From Octopus sinensis (Eukaryota), in the NCBI RefSeq assembly GCF_006345805.1, contig NC_043002.1, forward strand, positions 71,362,001-71,426,000: a stretch of 64,000 nt of DNA. The letters are read 5' to 3'. Positions 63,395 through 64,000 of this stretch are shown here, piece after piece. Each line of letters opens with the position of its first letter. Position 1 is the stretch's first letter. The notes under the pieces were generated by a model. It did no database searches and had not been told where the DNA came from. It was given only the letters and a program-made list of their open reading frames with translations. The translations under genes were made by a program, and so were the position numbers.

Positions 63395-63783
63395 ATCATT
63401 ATTATTATTATTTTTATTATCATTATTATTATTATTATCACTATTATTTCCATCATTATTATTATTTCTATTTATTATTAACATGCATTATTGAATGTTG
63501 TTTAGTTTCAACTTTTGTCTTGTACTTGAGATAATCATAATTATGTGAGGGTTTAAGAGAATAGTAGGAGCAAGAAAAACAGATTGGTGAATAGATAAAT
63601 TCCACAGGTCTGTAAATAAATTCGGCAGATGGTGAAGAGATCAGCTTTCTTTTCTTTTGAGAAGTTTTGCTGTGGTTTACCGTTTTTTGTAATTGTGCAG
63701 TTGTTGTTTTTTTAAATGCACGATATAAAAATGAAAAAAAAAATAAGGAGGTAAGCACTTGCCAATATATACAAACTGCAGGA

Positions 63784-63835
<52 letters not shown>
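63395..63835. repeat. (TTA)n tracts (63395-63470 and 63786-63835)
   Basis: Direct. Confidence 0.95.
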
Positions 63836-63836
<1 letters not shown>

Positions 63837-64000
63837 GAAACATATTGTTATTGATATATTATTATAAATATTATAAAGTAGATGGGAAATATGTTTTGGG
63901 ATTGAAGATCTTTTTTTTCTGTAGATGTTAAGAATTTCTTTGAATGCTTAGAACATTTTTGTTGAGATACTAATCACCTTATCTTGGAAATATTTTCCTT

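Overview
AT-rich, repeat-saturated animal genomic DNA. The SINE/LINE/microsatellite landscape suggests a coleoid cephalopod, probably Octopus (inferred from recalled repeat families, not searched). I could not support any host protein-coding exon, rRNA, true tRNA or CRISPR array, and most listed ORFs are microsatellite read-through. The window is intergenic or intronic and built from nested transposon debris: several tRNA-derived SINE families; Tx1/L1, RTE, CR1/L2-like and restriction-like-endonuclease LINE fragments; Penelope-like elements (PLEs); mariners of two subfamilies; a hAT element; a probable piggyBac relic; Helitron/Helentron-type non-autonomous elements; and many fold-backs. Best leads: (1) recurring minimal hammerhead-ribozyme motifs with palindromic stem III in several PLE-type termini, one reconstructable with a U3-A8 core; (2) an ~820-bp, ~97% identical fold-back in which all five transition differences have the same polarity (A·C mismatches on +, G·U pairs on -); (3) a SINE family sharing its 3' tail with a LINE fragment in the same window; (4) a retroelement-like 3' end carrying three C2H2 fingers. 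All family assignments are by eye and need database confirmation.
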